Below are positions 1 through 7,594 of a stretch of DNA of 10,272 nt, piece by piece; within the stretch, counting starts at the first letter, position 1; each line of letters begins with the position of its first letter. Made by a program: the position numbers and the translations under genes. Origin of the DNA: Chthoniobacterales bacterium (GTDB taxonomy: Bacteria > Verrucomicrobiota > Verrucomicrobiia > Chthoniobacterales > Chthoniobacteraceae); the NCBI GenBank assembly GCA_038207335.1, contig JBBQZX010000049.1, positions 1-10,272 on the forward strand, read 5' to 3'. The notes under the pieces are model-generated. The model did not search any database, was not told the origin of the DNA, and saw only the letters and a list, made by a program, of their open reading frames with translations.

Positions 1-1582
1 CTTGAGCCGTGAGTTCGAGCGTGGTCGGGCGCTCGGGTCCGGCTTGTTTGGCGACGGTTTCGCCCAACTCCACGGGAAGCATTTTCTCCAGCACCGTCCC
101 GCGGTACGACGCGGGGTTGCTTTTGTTTCCGGCGACGAAAAGACACGCGCCGCCGAACTTCGTCACGAACTCGCCGAGCCACGTCATCGGCGCGTCGCCG
201 AGCGTCTTCGGGTCCACGTCGCCGAGCACGACGAGATCGTATTTGAAAAGTTCCTCCTTGGTTTGCGGAAAGGTCTTCACGTACGGCGAGCCCTCGCCCT
301 CGGCGATCGCCGGATCACCCTCCTGCAGCCAGCATTTCACTTCCAGCCGCCGATCGCGTAGCAGCACACTTTGCAAGTAACGGAACTCCCAGCGCGGCGA
401 CTCCTCGACCATTAGCACCTTCACTTTGCTGTCGATAACCTTGAGCCGTTGCGCGACGGCGTTGTTGTCCTTCACCGCCTCGTCCTCGCGCGGCTCGATG
501 GACGCGCGCAGTTCGTATTCGCCCACCGTTTTCGGCGTGAAAGGCAGCGCCACCGTCTGCTCTTCGTCATCGGCGAAAGTGAGTTCCTTACTCGCGACGA
601 CCTCGGTGCCGAGCCGTAGCGTGATCTTCGCGCTCTCGCCGCGCAGGCCCTGTCCGCGCACGCGCACGGTCACGGGCAGTTCGTCTTTCACGAAGGCGAC
701 TTCCTGCGCAAACATGTTCGCCACGAGGATGTCGCGCGGCGAGGTGATGCCGACGCCGTAGATGAAAAGCGGCACGCCCTCTGCGCGCGCCAGCCGCGCC
801 GCTTCGAGCGGCTGCGTGCCGACGTTGCTCGCGCCGTCGGTCGCGAGAAAGATGCCCGCGAGCGGCTGGCCGCGCTTGCGCTCCAGCAGTTCGCGGATGG
901 CATCGCCGATGGCCGTGGTCTGACTTTTCGGATCGAGCTTGTCCAACCACGCGCGCGGGTCGGGCGCTGGCTCAGCGGGCTTCGCCGCGTCCGGCGCGGG
1001 CGCGGCGGTCGTCAGTTCCGCGAGCGCCGCGCCGAAGCTGAAGGTGTTCACGTCATACGCCTTAGCGAACTTTTCCAGCAGCCCGAGGTCGTCATTGCGC
1101 AGCACGCCGCGGAGCAAGTCCACGCGTGGCACCAGCTTCAGCGCGGCGGATTGTTTCGCATCAAACGGCTGGTCGAGACCCTTGCGAATATCGAGCCCGC
1201 CTTTCGCCAGCGCCGCGCGTTTCAAATCCGCCTCGTCAAACCGCGGATCGGCGATCTTCATGCTCGCGCTCGTGTCGATGAGATTGATCAACGTCCGCCG
1301 GATGGTGCCCTCGATCGTGAACGCAAAAACCGGCCGCAGCAGCACAAGCAGCAACAGCAGAAAAAGCACGATGCGCAGCGCAGTGAGCACCCGCCGCTTC
1401 GCCGGCGAAACCCACTCCCGCGCATCCCGCCAATAACTCCACCAAGTCATCACCCCGAGCAGCACCGCCAGCAGGATGATCCAACCCACGGCCCCGCTAT
1501 TCCGCAGCACCACCTGCACACCCGAGATGTGCGCGGCGTTGTCCATGCGGACGCCAAAGATGCGGAGGAGAAATTCGGTCAC
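1..1582 (-). CDS. Membrane-anchored vWA-domain protein with Ig-like and GATase-like domains (MoxR/DUF58 operon member); runs off the left edge
   Basis: Not in the ORF track; translated by hand. Open from GTG 1582 (alternative ATG 1546): MTEFLLRIFGVRMDNAAHISG..., two hydrophobic segments (GWIILLAVLLGVMTWWSY; LRIVLFLLLLLVLLRP), MIDAS motif LIDTSASM, TAIGDAI, FLATDGASN, then VKVLMVEESPRWEFRYL and YDLVVLGDVDP. No stop before position 1. Confidence 0.9.
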   Translation of the reverse strand, partial: MTEFLLRIFGVRMDNAAHISGVQVVLRNSGAVGWIILLAVLLGVMTWWSYWRDAREWVSPAKRRVLTALRIVLFLLLLLVLLRPVFAFTIEGTIRRTLINLIDTSASMKIADPRFDEADLKRAALAKGGLDIRKGLDQPFDAKQSAALKLVPRVDLLRGVLRNDDLGLLEKFAKAYDVNTFSFGAALAELTTAAPAPDAAKPAEPAPDPRAWLDKLDPKSQTTAIGDAIRELLERKRGQPLAGIFLATDGASNVGTQPLEAARLARAEGVPLFIYGVGITSPRDILVANMFAQEVAFVKDELPVTVRVRGQGLRGESAKITLRLGTEVVASKELTFADDEEQTVALPFTPKTVGEYELRASIEPREDEAVKDNNAVAQRLKVIDSKVKVLMVEESPRWEFRYLQSVLLRDRRLEVKCWLQEGDPAIAEGEGSPYVKTFPQTKEELFKYDLVVLGDVDPKTLGDAPMTWLGEFVTKFGGACLFVAGNKSNPASYRGTVLEKMLPVELGETVAKQAGPERPTTLELTAQ

Positions 1583-1590
1583 GGGGTTAT

Positions 1591-1695
1591 GGAGTGCGGC
1601 GGCAGAGCGTAGCGGCGACGCGGCTTTGGTATGCACCGCTGGCGCACGGCTGGCGAGCGCGCATCGCTTCCCGCCACGGCGTTCCGCACACTGCC
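1591..1695. repeat. Degenerate REP-like palindromic element
   Basis: Left arm GGAGTGCGGCGGCAGAGCGTAGCGGCGACGCGGCTTT pairs imperfectly with CGCATCGCTTCCCGCC downstream; it lies just upstream of the vWA gene start. Confidence 0.45.
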
Positions 1696-1747
1696 GAAAA
1701 TTTGCACACGCAGGCTTAAAGCCAGCCGTTGCCTTCGAACGCACCCG

Positions 1748-1765
1748 TGATAGCTCTTGCTATCA
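1748..1765. promoter_or_regulatory. Putative VapB autoregulatory operator
   Basis: Perfect inverted repeat TGATAGC-TCTT-GCTATCA touching the antitoxin ATG; TTGCCT (-35-like) at 1729-1734. Confidence 0.55.
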
Positions 1766-2022
1766 TGCAAACCGCCACCGTCGCCGACCTTCGCAACCAT
1801 TTCGCGCGCATCTCCGCCTGGATCGAAAACGGCGAGGCCGTGCAAATCGTCAAGCGCGGACGGGCCTTCGCCCGGCTCGTGCCGATGGAAAAGCCAGCCG
1901 CCCCGCGATTCGATCCCGTAGCTCATGCCAAACGGCGCCGCGAGACTTGGGGCGACCGGGTTTTCAGCGCAGCGGAAGTAAAGGCCATGCGGGACGCGGA
2001 ACTGGAAGGCGAAGAGGGATGA
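1765..2022 (+). CDS. vapB: Phd/YefM-family antitoxin (VapB-like), 85 aa
   Basis: MQTATVADLRNHFARISAWIENGEAVQIVKRGRAFARLVP is a typical Phd/YefM N-terminus; ATGA overlap with the PIN toxin. Confidence 0.9.
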   Translation: MQTATVADLRNHFARISAWIENGEAVQIVKRGRAFARLVPMEKPAAPRFDPVAHAKRRRETWGDRVFSAAEVKAMRDAELEGEEG

Positions 2023-2471
2023 CCTCCTATCCCGACACTTCCTTTCTCTGCGCCCATTATCGGGAACAGGACAACTCCAAAGCCGCAGATGCGTATCGCC
2101 ACTCGCTAAAGGCGGTGCTGCCCGTCACCAGCCTCTTGCTTTTCGAGTTTCGCCATTCCGTCCGCTTCCAGACATGGCTTCATCATCAGGACGCCGCCAA
2201 AGGCTACGGCGTAAAAGAAGGCGCGAAAATGCTCAGCGATTTGCAGAGCGATCTGGACAGCGGCGTGGTCGCCCTCGCGCCTGCGGACTGGGCCAAGGTT
2301 CACAGCCTCGCCGAGCAGCTTTCGTCACAGCATGCAATGAAAGGCGGCCATCGCAGCCTCGACACTCTCCACGTCGCCACCGCGCTCGCCTTGGGCGCAA
2401 AAGAGCTTTTGACCTTCGATGCCCGGCAACGTGTCCTGGCGAAAGCGGCGGGCCTGCGGGTGAAGCCGTAA
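2019..2471 (+). CDS. vapC: PIN-domain toxin (VapC family), 150 aa
   Basis: YPDTSFL, LLLFEF, RSLDTLHVATAL and LLTFDARQ supply the acidic PIN residues; start overlaps the antitoxin stop. Confidence 0.92.
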   Translation: MTSYPDTSFLCAHYREQDNSKAADAYRHSLKAVLPVTSLLLFEFRHSVRFQTWLHHQDAAKGYGVKEGAKMLSDLQSDLDSGVVALAPADWAKVHSLAEQLSSQHAMKGGHRSLDTLHVATALALGAKELLTFDARQRVLAKAAGLRVKP

Positions 2472-2524
2472 GAGCTCCGGCCTGCAATCCGATGGCACTG
2501 ACTGCGTGGCGCTGGTGGTGCGCT

Positions 2525-2834
2525 GTGTTGGGTATTTGTAGTCAGACGATTGTCGCACATTTTCCTGAGATTTCAGTCTATCGGCGGATTTTAAAGGGAT
2601 CTCCGACGAGCCCTCAGACCATCGGCGAGCATTTGCGCCGGGCTCGGGCTGACCGCGGGATGACCAACATAGAAGTCTCTCATATTCTGGGCGTAGCGTA
2701 TCAGACCGTGGAAAAAAGGGGAACACAATCGCATGGAGATTGGCCCCTAATCGCGGCCCAAGGTTATCGCCTTTCTCGGCTACGATCCAGCAGAGCCAGG
2801 TGAAAATCCAACACAGGCCTCTTTTGGCGATTGA
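2525..2834 (+). pseudogene. XRE/Cro-family HTH regulator pseudogene
   Basis: VLGICSQTIVAHFPEISVYRRILKGSPTSPQTIGEHLRRARADRGMTNIEVSHILGVAYQTVEK, a frameshift in the A/G run at 2712-2721, then EHNRMEIGP*SRPKVIAFLGYDPAEPGENPTQASFGD*; premature TAA at 2748-2750. Confidence 0.8.
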
Positions 2835-2893
2835 TGCTGGGTATTTGTAGACCTTCGTTCTCTGTCAAAGCACCGTCCAGACGCCAAAAATGA
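2834..2893 (+). pseudogene. Short ORF or remnant MLGICRPSFSVKAPSRRQK*, paralogous to the HTH N-terminus
   Basis: TGATG overlap with the HTH stop; starts LGIC like the upstream gene; repeated at 4510-4568 with synonymous changes. Confidence 0.5.
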
Positions 2894-3036
2894 GGTAGTT
2901 TGCTAATTTGATGCACGGCTCGGCACGGAGGGGGAATTCTTCCATCCGTCTTCATTCTCGTCCGCACCGGGGCCACGCGCACGGCCCCCTACAGCGCCAC
3001 ATGATCTCGCATGTCTACGCCCAGATTTGATCAGTT

Positions 3037-4371
3037 TTAGGTCGAATGCGGTCTCGCTTCGGACGCAGCCTTCGGATAAGTCGCGCCACCATACGGATAG
3101 ATGAGGACACGGGCATGCCTGGGAGCCTGGCGGCGTGCCGCGGCCATCATCTTCTCGACGGAGGCGAACTGCACGAAGATGCCGAGCTTTTTCCCGGTAT
3201 CGGCGGGGAGCTTGCGGGAATAGATGAAGATTTTGTTCCTCCGCGCGAGTTGCGCGGAGAAATGGGAGAGGAATCGTTCTTCGATGCCCTCACCCTTGCG
3301 GACAGTGTCGATGAAGCTGAGGATGCGCTTGCGACCAACAACTTTCAGGACGCATCGCAGCAGTCCATTCGGCAGGGACTTCGGCGGCATGGTGATGTCG
3401 CCGACGCCGTGGCGGCATTCGGCCAGACCGATGATCAGGCCGTCGGGGCGCACGCTCTCCAAAACATTGCCAACGCACTTCATGCTCTGCCGCAGGTCGG
3501 CGTTCATGGGATTGGAGGCGACGATGACGACATCAGCCTGTTTCTCGACCGGACGCTCGGCGAGCGATCGAGAGAACTCGACCCCCTTGCGATGCGCCTT
3601 GACCGCATCGCCCGCGAAAATTGCGCAGATTTCGAGCGACTCGTTCATGACGGCATTCACGATGAATATTTCCTTGCCCAGCATCTTCGCCCCTTCTTCG
3701 AGGTCGAGCCGCATCGGGCTCTCCGTCATGCCGACGTAGTTGTATCTCTCGGGGCCGACTCCCTGCATGTGGTTTTCACCGATCGTGCGTGACGAGGCGA
3801 GGCCCGGAATGAGCATCTTGCAACCGCCGCTGAAGCCGAGCAGAAGATGCGGTTCGATCGCGCCCACGGTGATGATAAGATCGGCCTCGGTCAGATGGCG
3901 GTTCAGCGAGACATAAGTCCCGCGCGAAGTGGTCCCAAGATGCTTGACCTCCCGCTCATCCTTGCACGAATGATTGCGCCACGGGATGCCCCGGAGGTCC
4001 GCGTCGCCCAGTTTCTGGTGGACTTCGTCAGCCGTCATGTCGCGATGGACGCCGAGGGCGAAGAGGACCAGCATGTTTTCGCGCTGAGCACCGTGCGCGA
4101 TGAGGTAGTCGAGAAGAGGACCGAAGTATTGCGCCGTCGGCGTGGGGCGGCTGATATCCTCGACACAGAGGACGATCCGCTTCCTGCCCAAATTCCGGTC
4201 GCGCAGCGGCACGTCGCTGCCGATGGGATGATCGAGGGCGTGCACCAGCGAACCGTCCACATGGGCGACTTTCGCATGAGGCACCGGGCGAACAGTATCC
4301 ACGATTTTCCAACCGTCCGGGATTGGGAGGGAAATCTCGCCTTTTTCGAAGGGTATCTTCTCGGTCGTCAT
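3037..4371 (-). CDS. larA: LarA-family nickel-pincer-dependent racemase/epimerase (lactate racemase domain), 444 aa
   Basis: Motifs EDISRPTP, ALGVHR, GAIEPHLLLGFSGGCKMLIPG, TIGENH and QSMK match the LarA family. ATG 4371 preferred because the longer ORF start falls inside the repeat. Substrate not inferable. Confidence 0.85.
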   Translation of the reverse strand: MTTEKIPFEKGEISLPIPDGWKIVDTVRPVPHAKVAHVDGSLVHALDHPIGSDVPLRDRNLGRKRIVLCVEDISRPTPTAQYFGPLLDYLIAHGAQRENMLVLFALGVHRDMTADEVHQKLGDADLRGIPWRNHSCKDEREVKHLGTTSRGTYVSLNRHLTEADLIITVGAIEPHLLLGFSGGCKMLIPGLASSRTIGENHMQGVGPERYNYVGMTESPMRLDLEEGAKMLGKEIFIVNAVMNESLEICAIFAGDAVKAHRKGVEFSRSLAERPVEKQADVVIVASNPMNADLRQSMKCVGNVLESVRPDGLIIGLAECRHGVGDITMPPKSLPNGLLRCVLKVVGRKRILSFIDTVRKGEGIEERFLSHFSAQLARRNKIFIYSRKLPADTGKKLGIFVQFASVEKMMAAARRQAPRHARVLIYPYGGATYPKAASEARPHST

Positions 4372-4386
4372 GGTGATGCTGCGGGA

Positions 4387-4568
4387 GTATTTGTTGTCGG
4401 ATGACTGTCGCACATTTTCCTGAGATTTCGGTTTATCGGCGGATATTGAAGGGGGCTCAGACCAACACCCTCAGACCCTCGGCGAGTATCTGGCCTCTTT
4501 TGGCGATTGATGTTGGGTATTTGTAGGCCGTCGTTCTCTATCAAATTACCACCGGACGCCATAAATGA
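4387..4568 (+). repeat. Second, internally deleted copy of the XRE-HTH module (2532-2893)
   Basis: Exact shared blocks TGTCGCACATTTTCCTGAGATTTC (2551-2574 = 4406-4429) and GGCCTCTTTTGGCGATTGATG (2816-2836 = 4492-4512); lacks the equivalent of 2636-2816. Confidence 0.92.
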
Positions 4569-4693
4569 TTACCGAATCCCCGGAAACCGCCCCTCATTTT
4601 TCCCGAACACTGTCGTCGCCCCCTGGCGCAGCCAGCGCATCGAAACCTACCGGAAATCATGCGAGGCCGGAACGCCCACCACGCCGCGGAGAT

Positions 4694-4715
4694 TTGGACA
4701 GAATTAACAGAATTA
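4694..4715. repeat. Left inverted repeat of the GxxExxY element
   Basis: TTGGACAGAATTAACAGAATTA, 19/22 identical to the reverse complement of 5239-5260; overlaps the reconstructed stop codon. Confidence 0.8.
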
Positions 4716-5233
4716 GGTGAGCGAGGGTGGATCGCTGAGCGATTCGGGTGCGCGATAAATGCGGAACTTTTTTTGAATTCCAAGCCCGCGGCTCCAAAGT
4801 TTAAGAGCAGTCCTTCATCCAATTTTGTGGCGGTCAGGTAGTTCACGAGCTGCACCTCATGAGATTTGATCAACGCACTAACTGCTTTGTTTTCGATGAG
4901 CAGGGTTTTCTCGGCCAGGAGATCACCCGAAAACTGTCCCACGATATTGCCTTCGTAAAAGACGCTGATGCTTGGGCTCATACCAAACTCAGTTGAAGAC
5001 TGGACGATACGAATCGGTGCGTTGCGCGATTTCCTTCGGTTCTCGGACTTTGGAAGGTGTCGGTTTTCAACTGTGTTTGGTATCACTTCAAAATCGATGC
5101 CGGCGTTGGCCAGCTCTATGCAAAGCGCATTCTGATAGATGACCTCCAAAAAGCCCCGCCCCAAAACCGAATGCACTTTCATCGCCAGCCCGATGACTTT
5201 ACCCGCCAAGTCGTAACTACGCTCTTAACTCAT
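4713..5233 (-). pseudogene. GxxExxY protein (PD-(D/E)XK nuclease superfamily), disrupted
   Basis: VHSVLGRGFLEVIYQNAL (GxxExxY), GDLLAEKTLLIENK, QLVNYL, GLLLNFG. ATG 5233 has TAA at codon 3 (5225-5227); 105-bp insertion at 4981-5085; one base short in the T7 run 4768-4774, which if restored gives FKKKFRIYR... and TAA at 4713-4715. Confidence 0.88.
4981..5082. mobile_element. MITE, 102 bp, 20-bp terminal inverted repeats, 3-bp target duplication TCA
   Basis: TACCAAACTCAGTTGAAGAC (4981-5000) vs reverse complement of 5063-5082 TACCAAACACAGTTGAAAAC, 18/20; TCA at 4978-4980 and 5083-5085; removal restores ...GIDFEVSPSISVFYEG... Confidence 0.9.
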
Positions 5234-5238
5234 TTTGT

Positions 5239-5260
5239 TAATCCTGTCGATTCTGTCCAA
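5239..5260. repeat. Right inverted repeat of the GxxExxY element
   Basis: Minus strand TTGGACAGAATCGACAGGATTA; begins 9 bp after the BatA/vWA stop and ends 5 bp before the GxxExxY ATG. Confidence 0.8.
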
Positions 5261-5269
5261 TCCCCATCC

Positions 5270-7444
5270 TCACTTCGACTGGCTCCAGCGGTTGCCAAGC
5301 CACGTCTCCGCAATCGCCAGTCCGAGCGCGAGGATGGCGAAGGCGAGCCAGAACTCCGAACCCGTCCGCTCCTTTTGCAAGACCGCGCGCAGGCCGTGCT
5401 CGGGGGACCAGCGGATGAGTTGGGCGACGCCATCGAAGACTTTGAGATCGGCGGGGGAAAGCTCTTCCAGCCTTGATTCGGCGGGATCGGCCTGGGTGGC
5501 GAAGCGGAGCATGGGGGTGGCGTCTTCGCCAGTGCGGGCGTCGTACACGCCGGCGAGGTCGGTCTCGTCGAATTGCAGCAGCGGCAGGCCGGCGTTGAGG
5601 GCGATGCGGCGCAGGGCGGTCGCGTCTTTTTTCGCGCCGGGTTTGGTGATGGTGATGTCTTTGCCGACCATCTCGGCGTCCATGACGTAGTTGAGTTTGG
5701 TGCCGACGCGGAGGTTCAAGTGCTCGTCCTGGCGGGTGACGATGGCGCCGAGGATGCGGTGGATGAGCGGGACGAAAATGGGGCGGATGCAGAGGTCGTT
5801 CCACGCGCTGTCGGCGGTGCTGCTGAACTGGATGACGCGCCCGTAGCCGAAGGTGCGCTCCATGACGGCGGGCTGGCCGTCGGCGTAGCTGAGGACGAGC
5901 GCGGGCGGGCCGATGTCGGCGCGGGGCACGTCGGACTTCGCGGGCTCGAGGGCGAAGGCGCGGTAGAAATTCGCGGTGGCCGGTGAACCGGCGGCGGGGT
6001 CTTTCCAAATGGCGACGATGGGATGCTCGTAGGCTTTCGACTGGAGATGAAAAAACTGCTCCTGCTGCTCGGCGTTGCCGCGCGCGGGGCCGAAGGACGC
6101 GGGGAGAAAACCACGGTCGGTGAAGAGCTTCTCGTTGTAGAAACTCGCACTCATTTTTCCGCCGGGGAAAACGATCAGGCCGCCACCTGCGCGCAGATAT
6201 TTTTCGAGGCTAGCGAGGACGGGGTCGGGCACGTCTGCGACGTTGGCGAGGACGACGGCTTCGTAGTCGCTGAGCTTCGCGGATTGCAGGTCGGCGGGGC
6301 TGACGGTCTTCGTCTTGATGTAATACTTTTCGCGCTGCTCGGGCGGCACTGGGACGAGCGCGTTGCGGAGGTAAAAGACCTCGCTCTCGCGCGGCTCGAC
6401 GCCGGGGTCGCCATCGACGAGCAGCACGTTGATCTCGCCGATGACGCGCACGGCGACGGCGCGCTGGTCGTCGGCGGGATTGCGATCCGCGGGGATGTGC
6501 GCGGTGACGGAATGAAAGCCCGGCTCGCGGAACTGCACGAAGAGCGAGATGCGTTTCGACTCGCCCGGCGGGATTGCCTCGATGCCCGCTTCGTCGCCCG
6601 GCGGCTCGGCATCGACGCCGATGCTGACCTGCACATTCTTCGCCTCCTCGACGCCGTAGTTTGCGACTTCGACCTCGAAGCGCACCGGCTGGTTCACCGG
6701 CGCGAGCGCGCTCGACATGCGCAGGCCGGTCACGCCGAGATTGTGCTGCTCGCTTTCACCGACGAGGACGAGCCGCGTCTGGATGTCCTTCTTCACCGAA
6801 TCGAGCAGTGCGCGGGTGTCGGCGAGCTGCTTCCAGCCGGTGGCCTGGCCGTCGGTGATGAGGAAAATCTGTTTCACCACCGTGGTCTGCCGCTGGATGA
6901 CTTCGACCGCCTGACGCAACGCTGCCGGCATCTCCGTGCCGCGGTCGGAGCGTTGCGCTTCGCGGATGACTTTGCGCGCGAGCGCGAAGTCGTGCGTCGG
7001 TTCGGGGATCACGCCTTTGACCACATCCGACACCAGCCACACCGCGACGGACGATCCGCTCGGGAGGGCGTCCAGCGCTTCTTCCGCGGCCTTTTGCGCC
7101 TTGTCGAATTTCGACGACACGCCGTCGCTCTGCGACATGCTCGCGGAGTTATCGAGCGCGATGATCGCCGACTCATTGCTCCCGCCGAAGCCGCCAAAAC
7201 CACCCTGCTTGAACGACGGCCGCGCCATCGCCAGCGCGAGCGCGGCGAGCACTGCGCAGCGCAGGAGGAGCAGGATGAGGTCTTCGAGGGTGAGCCGCTT
7301 TTGGTTCTTCTCGACGACGATGCGGAGAAACTTCATCGCCGCCCAAATGGTGCGCTTGATGCGCTTCTTCGCGAGCAGGTGGATGATGATCGGCGAGGCG
7401 ATGCCGATGATCCCGAAAAGCAGGAGGGGGTTGAGGTAGGCCAT
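5270..7444 (-). CDS. BatA (N-terminal double-TM) plus vWA domain membrane protein, 724 aa
   Basis: NPLLLFG...PIIIHLL...WAAMKFL...LLLLRC...AMARP (BatA domain), MIDAS ALDNSASMS, LITDGQ, Ig-like region, VLLVDGD GATase-like region, C-terminal TM helix. Confidence 0.93.
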   Translation of the reverse strand: MAYLNPLLLFGIIGIASPIIIHLLAKKRIKRTIWAAMKFLRIVVEKNQKRLTLEDLILLLLRCAVLAALALAMARPSFKQGGFGGFGGSNESAIIALDNSASMSQSDGVSSKFDKAQKAAEEALDALPSGSSVAVWLVSDVVKGVIPEPTHDFALARKVIREAQRSDRGTEMPAALRQAVEVIQRQTTVVKQIFLITDGQATGWKQLADTRALLDSVKKDIQTRLVLVGESEQHNLGVTGLRMSSALAPVNQPVRFEVEVANYGVEEAKNVQVSIGVDAEPPGDEAGIEAIPPGESKRISLFVQFREPGFHSVTAHIPADRNPADDQRAVAVRVIGEINVLLVDGDPGVEPRESEVFYLRNALVPVPPEQREKYYIKTKTVSPADLQSAKLSDYEAVVLANVADVPDPVLASLEKYLRAGGGLIVFPGGKMSASFYNEKLFTDRGFLPASFGPARGNAEQQEQFFHLQSKAYEHPIVAIWKDPAAGSPATANFYRAFALEPAKSDVPRADIGPPALVLSYADGQPAVMERTFGYGRVIQFSSTADSAWNDLCIRPIFVPLIHRILGAIVTRQDEHLNLRVGTKLNYVMDAEMVGKDITITKPGAKKDATALRRIALNAGLPLLQFDETDLAGVYDARTGEDATPMLRFATQADPAESRLEELSPADLKVFDGVAQLIRWSPEHGLRAVLQKERTGSEFWLAFAILALGLAIAETWLGNRWSQSK

Positions 7445-7461
7445 GCGTCAGCGGAAGAAGG

Positions 7462-7594
7462 AATGACGAATGACGAACGTCGAATGACGAAAGAATGACG
7501 AAGTCGGAATGACGATCCGGCAACACTGTGCGCGCGCACTTCGACATTCGTGCTTTGTTATTCTTTCGTCATTTGTCATCCGACATTCGTCATT
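7462..7594. repeat. Long inverted repeat built from GAATGAC heptamers
   Basis: Exact GAATGAC at 7461, 7468, 7482, 7493 and 7507; arm 7462-7515 matches the reverse complement of 7541-7594 at 43/54 without gaps; 25-nt loop containing palindrome GTGCGCGCGCAC. Confidence 0.9.

Noticed and set aside
2..1612. Track ORFs between 2 and 1612
   Set aside because: All overlap the continuous minus-strand vWA gene, which the track missed because it has no stop in the window.
1476..2018. N-terminal extension of VapC (331-aa ORF)
   Set aside because: Overlaps vapB and the vWA gene; the PIN domain starts at the ATGA-coupled ATG 2019.
3046..4404. Plus-strand and alternate-frame ORFs over larA
   Set aside because: Shadow frames of a well-supported gene.
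4766..4775. Programmed -1 frameshift at A7G in GxxExxY
   Set aside because: The A-AAA-AAG heptamer is not in the canonical phase, and the gene has other lesions; a homopolymer deletion or sequencing error is simpler.
4541..5209. Intact 222-aa GxxExxY protein from TTG 5209
   Set aside because: Includes the MITE-derived 35 aa and a frameshifted tail; the natural ATG is followed by a stop. Residual translation cannot be excluded.
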